From: Raillietiella orientalis
Lineage: Eukaryota
Direction of reading: 5' to 3'
Length of the DNA: 64,000 nt
Assembly: GCA_036172245.1 (NCBI GenBank)
Contig: JAYWIR010000019.1
Coordinates: 3,534,001 to 3,598,000, forward strand
The translations under genes were made by a program, and so were the position numbers. Of the stretch, positions 1 through 10,900 are shown in pieces; position 1 is the stretch's first letter, and each line of letters begins with the position of its first letter. The notes under the pieces are model-generated. The model saw nothing but the letters and a program-made list of their open reading frames with translations. It did not search any database and was not told the DNA's origin.

Positions 1-2699
1 CTTTAGACTTCATCTGAATACAGCGCTGTTTCTAATCAAGCCGTTTCTTCGTGACTATTCCAGATGAATTTCATGCAGCACTTCTCCCCAAAATGAAAAA
101 GGTAGGAACCCATGCATAAAACACATGGGTTTCTATGAATTTCCAAGATGAACTTCATAAGTAATTTATTCTTCGAAAGCGTAAGAAGATTAAAGTATTA
201 GTGATAGTATGATTTCATTCCTCAAACCATTCCATAAACCATCCCAAAGATAGAAGACGAATTTTATCCCCGAAGTTGAAAAGCACTTCTTGAGGATTGG
301 TTCGTATCCTAGGCAAAGGAGTTACTTTTATCATTACCTACATGATTCCCTTCTTCCATTTGAAAAAGAGGTGCAAACTTGCATTAGCTGTTCTGCTCCC
401 TTGAAAAAACGTTCTCTGCATCTCTGCTAAATGAATCCCATGTTTAATTTCACATCTCTGACTAGTATGCAGCCCAGGCTGTAAACTGCATAAAACAACC
501 AACTTGTTAAGAACAGTATACTTGTAGGTATTTCCTGCTTTCTTTAGAGGACCAAGAGCGTCCTGCCATTCTCTCCGAAGCGAAAAAGTCAGCCAGAGTT
601 GACGAAGACAATCCATAACTAATGGCTCTGAATGTTATGGCAGCAAAAGTTACTCGAATGCAAGTGCGTGTCAAAGGCTACTATTTCTACTGAAGGTATT
701 TGTCTGATCTTTAGGTCCATAACGCTGTACTTGTGGTTTTAGAGGAAACAGAGGAGTTCTTCAGAGGCTTAGAAGGAGATGGAATCCCACATGGCCTGGA
801 GATTTTGGCAGGAGTTTATTAGGTTTCTTCAGCTCCCCCTGGGCATCTATGAGGAAGCAAAGAGTGGCTTCATTCGATCATATGAGGTGCAGCCGACGTG
901 ACGAAAGATTTGGTACCTGGTTGGAAAGATTGTCACATGGATCGATAACCCCCATTGTCTTTCTTTTCTTAGTTGCACTTTTTGGATTCGATTGTGAGAG
1001 GAATTCTTCAGAGACAGGTCGAGAATGTCAAAGTGCGATCTTTGCTGAATGTGAAGCTTTTAACCTCACTTCAAAGTGGCATAACGAATTTTCTTAATAA
1101 ATTCGTCTCTCAACTGTGAACAGCAGCTAACGCTGTTTTTTTTCTTTTTCTCAAGTGGAAGTTTTCCTCTCGCGGCTGGAAGAACTAGATTTACGCATCA
1201 GAAACCTCTTGTGCAAAGACGACCTCATTTTCTGAGGTGGACCGTGACTTTGAATGACCTCATCTGTGCTCAAGAGAGTGGCACCTCGTGATTCGAGAAA
1301 GTGCTTTTTAAAAAGCACAAGGAATAGCAGGGACACAAGGGAGCGATTGGTTTAGGTATTGGTCCATGAGGGAAAGTGCATGACAGTGATATGATATACA
1401 TTCGGTTGCCTTTCGGTTGCAAATGCATAGAAGCACATTGAAAGAATTCACGTGAACTAAAAAACCTTAATGAACGAGCATGGTACTGATAATAAGGTTA
1501 TAAAAGAAGAAAAATGAATACTTCTCTTGAGGACTGAAGAACAGTGAGGGAGGGCAGCTATCACTTCATTGAGGTTGCAGGATCGATGGCAGTTTGGGTC
1601 TGACTTTCAAAGAAATCAGTGATGATTTCTTGTCTTTTCCTCAGCATCCTCTTTTCTGCTAAATGAGAATATTCTTCAGCTGTTATTCCAGATACATGCT
1701 TCTCGGCATCCAGGAAGGATTCACTTTGGAATCTTCTTGAAGAGTCCAAACATCGAGGGAGTTCACCAGATTTTTTTGATATGATAGATTTTTTTGAGCA
1801 TGCACACCTTTCTCGTACTATCAGTGCACTCAGTCAGCCTACTCTCACGAATGGCAAGATGGTGGAGTTGGTAATGTGGAAGGGCAGTCTACTGGTGTTT
1901 ATCAGTTCTTTTAGCCTCCAGGCTCTCTGTTTTGATAGTTGCTGACCATTGGCAAACTCCCTTGCATCTTCCTGCCAAAGGGAAACTGCTGGATTCATTT
2001 ATTGCTATGTAAACCGTTTTCGTATATGTTCTTTGGTGACGGACATCCGACGTGGATGATGTGACCAGCATAGTTTCTGAGCACCCAGCCAGCTGACACT
2101 AGTTGATTAGCTGGCACGTGTCAAACCCGCTTTCACATGCGGCGGAAACAGCTGAGAAGTTCTTTTCCTTACCAAACACCAAAACAAGAATCGTTTCTGC
2201 TCCCTCATTTCGAGATCACACTGCCGTATTCCGGAGGAAAAAGACAAAAGCGAAAAAGCAAAGGCGAAATTCACGGCTGTTTTTGAAAAGGGGGCTACAA
2301 ATGCCCATCGCCTCTGATTGTGGAACTCTGGTGTTTTCCAGAGAGGGAACGGATGAACGAAACTTGATGGGACTCTCGTTGGCTTGCGCGGTTGGCAGAG
2401 TCATTTTAAGCAGGGAGGTAGAAAACCCACGCCGCTGCGCGGGAGTCCAAAGGAATCCAAGAAAGTACCGTCAGTGCTCTTCCATGAAAACGGGAGAGTG
2501 TCGGTACGGAATGTGTGAGGAATAGTGCTCGGAGGAGCCGCCGCCTGCAGGCTGACAAAGGAAGATGTGAAGAACCGGAGACAAAAGCATTTTCCTCGCT
2601 CCTCCGGGGTGAAATTGCAGCGACAAAGCTCGGTGCTCCCAATCGAGCTGTCGTTCGAATTCAGCATATCTATGTGTGATTTTTCTGTTTATTTCCTTT

Positions 2700-3560
2700 G
2701 AGAGACGTAGGCGATAGTCCCGTTCTCCCTGCGTCCCACTCCAGGCTTTCCCGTTTACTTCTGGGCATTTGAACTCTGGAACACTTCTGGAATCAGTCTG
2801 ATATCTCTATCTCATCTTCAGTTTCCCGAGCGAAAGGATTTCTTCGGCGGAGCCAGCTTCTGAACGCGCTCTCTGAAGAAGTATGTCCACCGTTTCGTGC
2901 CTGGACCCTCCAGTGTTCCTTTCGAGGTGGAAGCAGAACCTACTGCTGTTTCTGCACTGGTGGTTCTAGCACAATCAGCTCCCGACCCTTGCCTCCGGAG
3001 GAGTTGCATCACAGAACTGCTGTTCCAGGTGACGGATCTATGGAGTCGATCCCGCACCTGCTTATGGGTTGCGGTGTCGTCCACGAACTGTGGCGGAGTC
3101 TGCCTTAAGCGTTCCCTCACCAAGATGACGCCGCCAAGGACATGCTGTGGCGAATTTTCGCACGCGGTGGACCCTCGGCAGGCGCCGTGATAGCGAGATG
3201 GTGCGTCCGCGCTGCCGTCACGGTCCGCCACGTTCTTGGAGAAGGGAAGGCAGAGAAAGCAGGTCGTTCGCATGGCAGTCGCCTAGATGAGGACGGCTGC
3301 CGGAGTGACTTCACCTAAAAGAGGACGTTGAGGTGGATGTCGCCGGCATCCTGCTCCGGTTCTAGGAAGAAGGACACGGCCGAAGCCGAAAATCTCTCCT
3401 TTCGTCTATTTGTTTGTCGTCCACTTCCACCCGTTCCGGGATTTGGAAGTGGCCGATCTGAGAGTCGGTGGATTCTTCACTTGAACCTCCTTTCCTTTTC
3501 CTTCGGGAACCTTTTTCCAACCTGTTTCTTCTTTGAAATGGACTCCCGGGAGTGATCCGG
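2700..3560 (+). mobile_element. L1/Tx1-clade non-LTR retrotransposon, degenerate 3' fragment (post-RT region, zf-RVT, 3' UTR)
   Basis: Frameshifted translation KGFLRRSQLLNALSEE..WKQNLLLFLHW..MESIPHLLMGCGVVHELWRSL aligns with the zf-RVT region of the copies at 5184-5786 and ~41000-41150. The 3' end tgtttcttctttgaaatggactcccgggagtgatccgg (3523-3560) matches their terminal motif. Confidence 0.65.
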
Positions 3561-3569
3561 CATTTCTTC

Positions 3570-4958
3570 CCTAATGGACGCTTGTGTCGGTGCAGCGATT
3601 CGTAAGAGGGACTGCATGGGGTCCCGTGTCTCACTTCGGCACCAATAGTTCCCTAAGAATGACTTCAGTTTTATGCTTACTCTGGGACGTCTCGAAAAGC
3701 GCTCTGGAAGGGGTCTCGGAGGGGAACGGGGAATGAAATGTTTACAGGCCTTTCTTTGCCGGCTTCATTCCAGCGGAGTGCTGTCGTCCTTTCGGATATC
3801 TTCCGGCGGGCCCTGGCTAACAAGCACAGGGAGGAGGTTTGCGTAGCTTCCGCATCACTTCCTCCTATCCACCCTCACCGGGATTTCTCTTAGCTCCATT
3901 CCGAAACGATGAAGCAGAATAATTCTTAACGATGCTCCTTGGCGACGTTTTTTTTTTTCCTCTTCCTTCTCCCCTCCCCCTTTTCCGCGCAAGCTGCATT
4001 CAGCAAAGCACCGAATTCGAGACTTAGAGATCGGGGGTCACTCCGGATGACCATGCTCGCAAGGGTCGAGAAGCCCAACCGCTTCTTCTTCCAAGAACCT
4101 GCGGAAGGATCGTTCTGTGTTGGCGGCCCCGCTGTGGCTGTGGCCTCCGCGTGTAGCACCCGCCCAAGGAAGGATCGTCGACGCCGAGAAAGGAAAGTGC
4201 GTCATGGGTCTCAAGTCTTCCCCCGCAGGATGACTCTATTTGATCTAGAGGCTTCGGGTGCGGCGCCGCCGGAATCCGGAAACCCCCTGAATGCTCCCGT
4301 TGACTCGTCGGGATTGGAAATCGACCCTCCGGGGACCTTCCGGGAATTCAGAAGTCGGCTCCCTCTCGTGTTTTCCTCCGCTTGTGGAAATGGAAGCGTC
4401 CCTACCCTCAGGGAGTGACCCCCCATAGCGCTCTCAGGGGCTGGTCTCGCTTCTCCAGATCTTCTTTCTAGAGCCAGACTCTCCAGACTGAGAACCACGC
4501 CGCTCCCTTCGGAAAGCTGCCCTTCAGAGAGAAATCGGAAAGTGTCCCTTCAGTGTTCTCTTCAGAGGAGGAAACAGGGAGAGGGTCCTTTCCAAGGGGC
4601 CTCTTCAGAGAAAGAAATCCAGGAGTGGATCCTTCCTGGGTCGAAGAAGAAATGATGGAATGATTTTTTCTGGGAGGTCCCTCCGGAGAGATTAAGGAAG
4701 AAGTTTCCTTCGAACATCCCTCCCCAGGCATGAAAGGAACGCACCCCTTGTCCGGAGTCCTTCCTGGATTCATTGGTGGTTCCCTCCCGGAGTACCCCAA
4801 CTTGAACAATCACACGCACCCTCAGATGGCTGGGACAGCTCTGAAGAGCTATCGGAGCCCCAGGCGAACCGTTCATCAGTACTTGGCGAACCAACCCCTC
4901 AAAGGCTGGAAGGGAAGAAGAGAAACAAGGGGAACCCGAAAAAATGTCTATTGCTTGG
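3570..4958 (-). mobile_element. L1/Tx1-like reverse transcriptase remnant
   Basis: Degenerate RT motifs in the correct order on the minus strand: SSLISPEGPPRKNHSIIS (LIPKxG..RPIS), SRKVPGGSISNP (GxRQGxPLSP), SLEFGALLNAACAE (SGAKLNxxKxE), KTEVILRELLVPK. Homologous at the nucleotide level to 19520-20040. Confidence 0.5.
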
Positions 4959-6400
4959 TTTATCACCCGGTCACGCAGGGACGTTTATTTTAAAAAATAA
5001 ACATATATGTGTAGGGCCACCGGCCCTACACATATATGTCCGAAAATGCCCGGAACCTGCCGAGTAACCGGCACGCAGGCAGCCGAGGTTCGCTTCCGCA
5101 GCGGAGGGGGAGAGGGCAAACAAAAATAAAAATAAATAAAAACCGATAATAAAAAAAAAACTCTGAGGGGGCACAGGAAGGGATCATGTCTGCTGGAGGG
5201 TTCCTCTGCATCCTTTCCAGGATTCCGGCAAGTTCCATCTGAGTATATCCCAGATGGGGGCCATCTTGCTGCCATCCGCAGAATGCGCGAGTCGAAGCAG
5301 AAGGACTCTCTGTCGCACCGTCCTCCTCTCTCGTAGCTCCAGGCCGCCACAATTCCCAGCAAAGAGCAGTGAGCAGCAAAGAGTTGCTGGGTATGCTGCA
5401 GGTGAAAGGGCATCGCGCACGAAGAGGCGCTTTATCACGTCCCTGGGATTGTCCGTCGGTGCACCAAGGGCCGTTGCGTAACGCACCCACAGGGGTCGGC
5501 GGGCAACACAGTCTACGAGCAAGTGCAGGAGGGATTCTCGTTCCCCGCAACTGCAGCAGTTGGGGTCCACAGCCCCCCGGTGAGACCGGCGGGAGTTGCA
5601 CGGGAGACCCCAGTGCAACAGCAGAAGTGCCAACTCCTGCCACTTCAGGGGGAGGGTCCGGTTGTTATTCGGCACTGGGGACCACTCGAGGTCTTCCTGT
5701 AAAATTCCCAGAAACTCACCCCAGCGCAATAGTCCCTTCGGTGGGGCACTTGGGTCGCAGCGTCCGTGAGCTGGCCCGTGGTCCAACCATCTAATTTCTT
5801 CGTTCTTCCACCGATCTCACATCGGACGTCCCATTTGGCCGGCTGGTTACTGTCCAAGTGCCCCCTGAGGGAGGGCAGTGCCGCGGCTAGGAAGGTTCTT
5901 TGTGTCCACGCACGCGTGGTGGACTGCACGATGACGCCCTGCAGCGAGCGGTTGTTGTAGAAGGAGTGCAGCAGTCGCTGACTCATCTCTGGGCTCGCTT
6001 CGTTGTTCTTGGCCCAGATGAGAACGGTTTCCTGCAACCAGGCATTACCGTTCGCGAGCCATCGTCTGGGTTTCACTAGAGACGGACATTGACATGCAGC
6101 TCGCACTGAAGCGTCCATGGCAACCGTAAAGTGGTTGCTGTGGAGTGTCTACAGCAACCGTGGACAGTAGGCTTGGCCCACGGTCCACAGCAGTCTCGCG
6201 AGAATTGTAGGCGGCACCTGACCGCCGAACCAACGCCATTGTGTTTTCCCGCCTACCGTCACGCAAAGAGGAAGAAAAAAAAAGGGATGGGGGAGGAGAG
6301 TACATCCAGATATCGCGCATGTCCTGAAGAGAAATCCCTCACAGTTTGCGGAATCCTAGAGGAGGAATCCCCGATAAATATAACGCCAAGAGGATTCATC
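4959..6400 (-). mobile_element. L1/Tx1-clade retrotransposon 3' part with zf-RVT domain and intact 3' terminus
   Basis: ORF 5184-5786 contains KWQELALLLLHWGLPCNSRR..PNCCSCGERESLLHLLVDC, a CX2CX7HX4C zf-RVT. Upstream SSSLRDGRRENTMAL resembles LSLxGR..N. T-rich 3' UTR, hairpin and AATAAAC terminal motif ending near 4959. Confidence 0.75.
5001..5039. repeat. Perfect 18-bp stem / 3-nt loop hairpin in the retrotransposon 3' UTR
   Basis: acatatatgtgtagggcc-acc-ggccctacacatatatgt; the arms are exact reverse complements. Confidence 0.95.
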
Positions 6401-7549
6401 TGAGTGGCGAAAGAACCCACGTCCCACCTTGCCTTCCTCCTTCCTCCTGCTTTTGGAACCCGAGCACGCGATGGATGGAGGATCCATGGAGGCAGCAGAC
6501 CGGAAGGTGGAGGCAACAAACGGCAGAACCGCGAGGCAGCTGCCCTGGCCGCCAGAGGTTTCCAAGATGGCCCCATCTGGAGCGAACACACCTTGGTGGA
6601 CGACTCCCCAGGGAGGGGTGTCCTCCATCCCACGGAACATTCCTGCTCCACCCGGCAACCCTCCGAGGCTATTGAGTGACCGGGCTGCTTGCAGCAGCTC
6701 CTCTGGTCCCGGTCTTGTGGGAAGCAACAGCTCGACGCATCCTCCGCTTGCTAGACCGCGTGCCGCGCTGCCGGCCCCTCTGAATCAGCCTTCGAGACAC
6801 TTCCGCAGCCTTCCCACTCCCTCCGAGAGACGCGAGCGGCAGGATGCGGTCGGGCAAACGGCTTCCGGGATGGCAACCTGGAAGATCGCATTCGTCTCAG
6901 CTCTTCCTTCCAGGAGGAACGCAAGGCCCGGGGCGGGAAGCAGGAACAGAGTTCTCTCCCAACACGCTTCTCGGAGAGGTCTCTTTGAAACCTCTCGGAG
7001 CTCTCCTGGACCCGGCGAGATTGAGGGGCTTCCCGGACGATCTCGCGGCCTCGTGACCTCTATCAGAGTGCCTGGAACCGGCTCCATCCAGCGCGTGCGT
7101 GTAGCAGCGTGAACGGACTCCCCCGGGAAGACTCGCGGCCATCTTTGCGGACGAGTCCCTCCGCAACCAATTACTGCCATCTTCCTCTTCGTCACGAAAC
7201 GCTCTCCTCCCGCCAAGGAGTAGCCCAATGGGGCGACTCCGTTTGTCCCTCGCGTGACCCTGGACTCTCCAGCGAGACGCGCGGAATCCAGGTCGAGGGA
7301 TCCCTGACTCGTTGATCGCCGAGCGGATTCATCTGTTTGCTGTGGCGGCTGGGGCGTCGCCTTGGTACGGCCGGCTAGACCGGGAAGGACAAGGAGACCG
7401 ATGGCTGGGTGAGCCCGGGCGCTGCCAGTTCCTTCTAGAGTCAAATCTGATTTCCATTAGCGCTTCAGAGCAGCCCCCGGGGCCAAAAGCAATCCTTTGG
7501 CCACGCGGCGCTGGCTTTTCTGCCTGCCTCGCATCCAAGAGGTGCGACC

Positions 7550-8851
7550 CGGTTCAAGGCATTCGCGGCGTCAGGTGCGGCTTGGTGCTGTTGGCAACGC
7601 AGGGATGAAGGCAAGGAAAGCAGACCGGAAAAGGGAGGAGAGGAGGGAGTCCCTTAAAAACAAAGGCGAATTGGAGTAAGGAGGGGCGCTTTCCTGCTGC
7701 CGAACCCTGGGGCTCGTGCTCGGCTCCGGAGACCGCGTCTGCAGCCGACGAGCGCGCACTGAAAGGGAGCAAAGAGCTATGAACAGCGAAGGCGGCTCCC
7801 TCTGCGTCCTCGGGGAAGGAAAGAGCGTCCAAGGAGGATGCGACCAAACGAGATGGAATGAACCGGAATGGCGATTTGGGGAAGAGACGAAACCCGCAGA
7901 AAGCCTCGTTGCGGGTGAGGGACCAAGCCCCGAATGGACAAAGCCGACTTGGCGGGACGGCGCACCCGTGCCGCGGAGACTCCTCGCCAGCCGGAGATGC
8001 TGCAGGCGATTCCGCCAGACCCCTCCCGGGCGCGGGAGGCGATCCCCGGGGCTCCACCGCACTCCCGGCCGCCCTGCCGAGCGCTCGCTGGCGTGGAATG
8101 GGTGGCCGGCCGGCGGTTCCGCCCTCTCCCCCGAGTCTCCCGACTGCGCGCGACCCTTCCCGCGTGCTCCCCGCCCCGCGCGCCGGCCATCCTGACCCGC
8201 CCTCTGTCGGCGAGCGGTCTCATCCTCGACCTCCGCGCTGCGCTCCTTCGAGCGTCGTCGCCTCGCCCTTCTCTTCGGTCTCCCAGAGGACGGAACGGCT
8301 TTCCTCCCGTCTTCTCCGCGCCGCTTTCTCAGCTGACCAAGTGCCTGTGTCACTGTTGGCGCTCGACCGGCTGCGAGCGACCGTGTCCTGGGCACGCGGT
8401 GAGCACCTGGACGCGGGACGTGGTCTTCGTGATGGGGCGCGCACCTGTTCCTCATGCGCTTCCGGGAGCCAGGTTCGGGTGCGTTGGAGCGTGCCTGCCC
8501 GCAAGCAGGTCGTGTTCGTCCGGATGACGTTTCTGCCCGGCTCGCCTTCGGGCCTCCTCCCGAACACGAGCGTCCCGAGATGAAGATGACGGCTGGATTC
8601 TGCTGGCACGCGCGCACCTCTCGCCGAGAGGCCCTGTAGGCGAGGACTTCGCGACGGTTCCGTGTCAGCCGCTTCGGGCAGCTGCCCCAGGCGAAGCCGT
8701 GTCTATCTGGACCGTAGTGCGATCGCGGCATCCCTTCGAGCGGTCGATGTGGCAACTATCCAGTTGGTTAATTCTTCTTCTCGAGAAATGAAGAGAGCAT
8801 TTCCTGAGGATGCGTCAGGGGTTGTGCGGGGACCCAATCTGCTTCCCGACG
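7550..8851 (-). mobile_element. L1/Tx1-like 5' part: degenerate ORF1 (zinc-knuckle gag-like) followed by the start of the APE endonuclease
   Basis: Mixed-frame remnants NPAVIFISGRSC, TCLRAGTLQRTRTWLPE and NRCAPHHEDH (decayed CCHC knuckles), then EDAEGAAFAVHSSL (APE GVAIL-like). Same strand as, and upstream of, the 3' part at 4959-6400. Confidence 0.45.
7983..8851. repeat. Near-identical inverted repeat, copy A (partner 39554-40451)
   Basis: Reverse complement of 39554-40451 with a handful of substitutions and one 30-bp indel. ORFs 7571-8755(-) and 39649-40491(+) are almost identical over this span. Confidence 0.95.
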
Positions 8852-9879
8852 CCTGGTAGTGTATCCTGTGGTAGTGAATGAGGCCGGTGGAGTATGCGTT
8901 CCTCTTTTTACGCCTCTTTTTTTCTTGAAGCTACCCAAACTCGTCAGCTTGGAATTTCGGCTCTTCGCCATGACCTGTACCTCCATCTTCAATATAAGAA
9001 AGTGCTGCAGAAAGGAAGGGATCCTGGTCACATCTAATCTGCCTCTAAGAGGGGAAGATGTTGTTTGCTGATCCTGAATATCGGTGCATTAGAGTTATCA
9101 GTCAGGTGGATCAGGACTTCTCTAAGCTCCCAGAACAAGAACGTCATTGGTTCAAGGAAGATTAGGAATCGGCAATAACTGTACGGAACCTTCAAAATGC
9201 AGGGCTTTGTGGTACGTCCACAAGAGTTCAGCTCTGCTCATCGAGGTCCGTACGCGCAGTGTACTTTGATTTTCATCCGAAGGGCCGGGAGCATGTCATG
9301 ACGCATTGCAAACGGCTCTCACGAAGAACAAGAAATCTCTGAAGGAGTATCCGTTGAGCGTATGCTGAAGACGTGAATAAGAGGTTGGACGCTGACCGAA
9401 CAGCGCAGACCTCGATAATCTCCATAATTATCGGTGAAGACACCGTAGCAATTAACGGACTTCAGCAGGACAGCAGGGTTCCATGCTGTCCTGCTGACAT
9501 TTGCGGTGCTGCTTTTTTGGTTTCTTGGATTGAATGCGTGCTCTTCCAGTTTCCTTCAGGAACAGCAAGCGAATGCTAACAGCACGACATCTGCTTGGAA
9601 ACCATCGTGGGTACCCTGACCAGGCATTCGTCACTATTGTTCTTGCTGTGATGAGGAGGAGGTACCCATCGAGGTCTTCGTATGACCTTTTGGAGCAATG
9701 AACACCATGCGAATGCGAAAAGACGCGTTGGCGGCGACTGGAAGGTCGAGATTTAACGTTTGGGACATAAAATCGGGATTTAGGATTCCCTCCTTGAAGG
9801 CCAAAGAGGAACCGCGCGTCCAGGAAATTCGGGTTCTGAAGCAGCCACTGTAGTCAGGGATGAAAATTTTAGGATTAGA

Positions 9880-10900
9880 TCACATCTCAGATTTGCGATA
9901 AGCAAATCGAAGGATGAACCTCGATATATTCAGAAAAAAAAAACAATGTCGAAAATGTAGCATGTTTTTCTGCAATCTTCGATTTTCGCTTTCATTTGAT
10001 TTCAGGAGAACTTTTAGATATCCAAAGATCTTTATATCAGTTTGCTTCAGCCGCAGTTTCGTTGTTGTTTTCTGGGCTTTGCAGACATTTTTTCGTTTGT
10101 TTTTTTTGCCTGTATTTTGGTTTTTCAGCATTAATGGGAACTTCCTGAAACGCTTTCAGAAATAGAGTTAAAGAAAAGTCCTTGTGCTGCCTTTGCTCTT
10201 CGAGAGATCAAAGATTTGAACCCTAAATGTCATTGCAAAGTCCGGAGGAAAGCTAATTCTGGGAAATCAGGTCTTCTGGACGACTTCATGTAAACACGGC
10301 GATGAACAGTTCCCATAAACTCGATGCGCTTTTTGCCTGCAAGTTTCATTCTCTCCATTCAGCATTCCTTCGTTGATGATCGGTGACACAGGGTCGCTTG
10401 ACCCGCGCCTCCCTCACGATGCTTCTTTTGCTGATTTCCAATGGAAAACATAGAGGAAAATTCTCATCCGAGAGCGCGGAGCCATGTCGAAAAAAATTCC
10501 CTTTGTCATTTCTGAGCACAGGATTCCTCTCCAATCTCAGTGGAAAACGGATCAAAGAGTTCGAATGCTCATCTGATGTGTTCTCAAGAAAGTTTTCCGA
10601 TGGGCCGAGCGGGCTGAGACTTTTAGAAAAGGAAATTTTGGTCCAGAAGAATTTTGGTCTCGTGTCATTCCCCCAAATCAAGGTTATCCATTTCAAATGG
10701 ATCCCAGTGATCCCACCATTCCTATACCTTTTGTAGTGTTCCTGGAATTGACAACACTGCCGCAGTTGCTGTTTCTTTTTTCAAACCTCTGATCCAAAAA
10801 TTCCGACATTTTTCCACGTCACCCGCTGCGGGACTTGTTCTTTGCATCGGCTCGTCGTCCCCTCTCACGTGCACTCGCATTCTCAATAAAATCTGTACAC
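9880..10900 (-). mobile_element. Possible CR1/L2-type LINE endonuclease-region remnant
   Basis: VLSIPG / YKRYRNGGITGIHLK resembles APE IPGY..RxDR..GGGVAxY; PEDLISQN resembles LDLIFTN; a lysine-rich linker follows. Heavily decayed. Confidence 0.3.

Noticed and set aside
338..616. Kinase-like VYSLGCIL and RNase H-like LYSDESK strings on the minus strand near the window start
   Set aside because: Isolated short matches among stop codons with no other kinase motifs; possibly a LINE relic but too weak to call.
1561..1749. RKRQEIITDFF, like a Tigger transposase C-terminus
   Set aside because: Single motif with no supporting DDE or TIR.
4983..5002. Palindrome gtttatttt-aaaaaataaac (also 40477-40493) as a tyrosine-recombinase site or DIRS terminus
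   Set aside because: It lies in the 3' UTR of zf-RVT-bearing non-LTR elements and contains AATAAA; no tyrosine recombinase or DIRS repeat structure is visible.
7571..8755. 394-aa ORF (and its 280-aa twin at 39649-40491) as a novel duplicated gene
   Set aside because: Arg/Gly/Ala/Pro-rich, with several overlapping frames open at once, typical of very GC-rich DNA; the recognisable motifs are scattered across frames.
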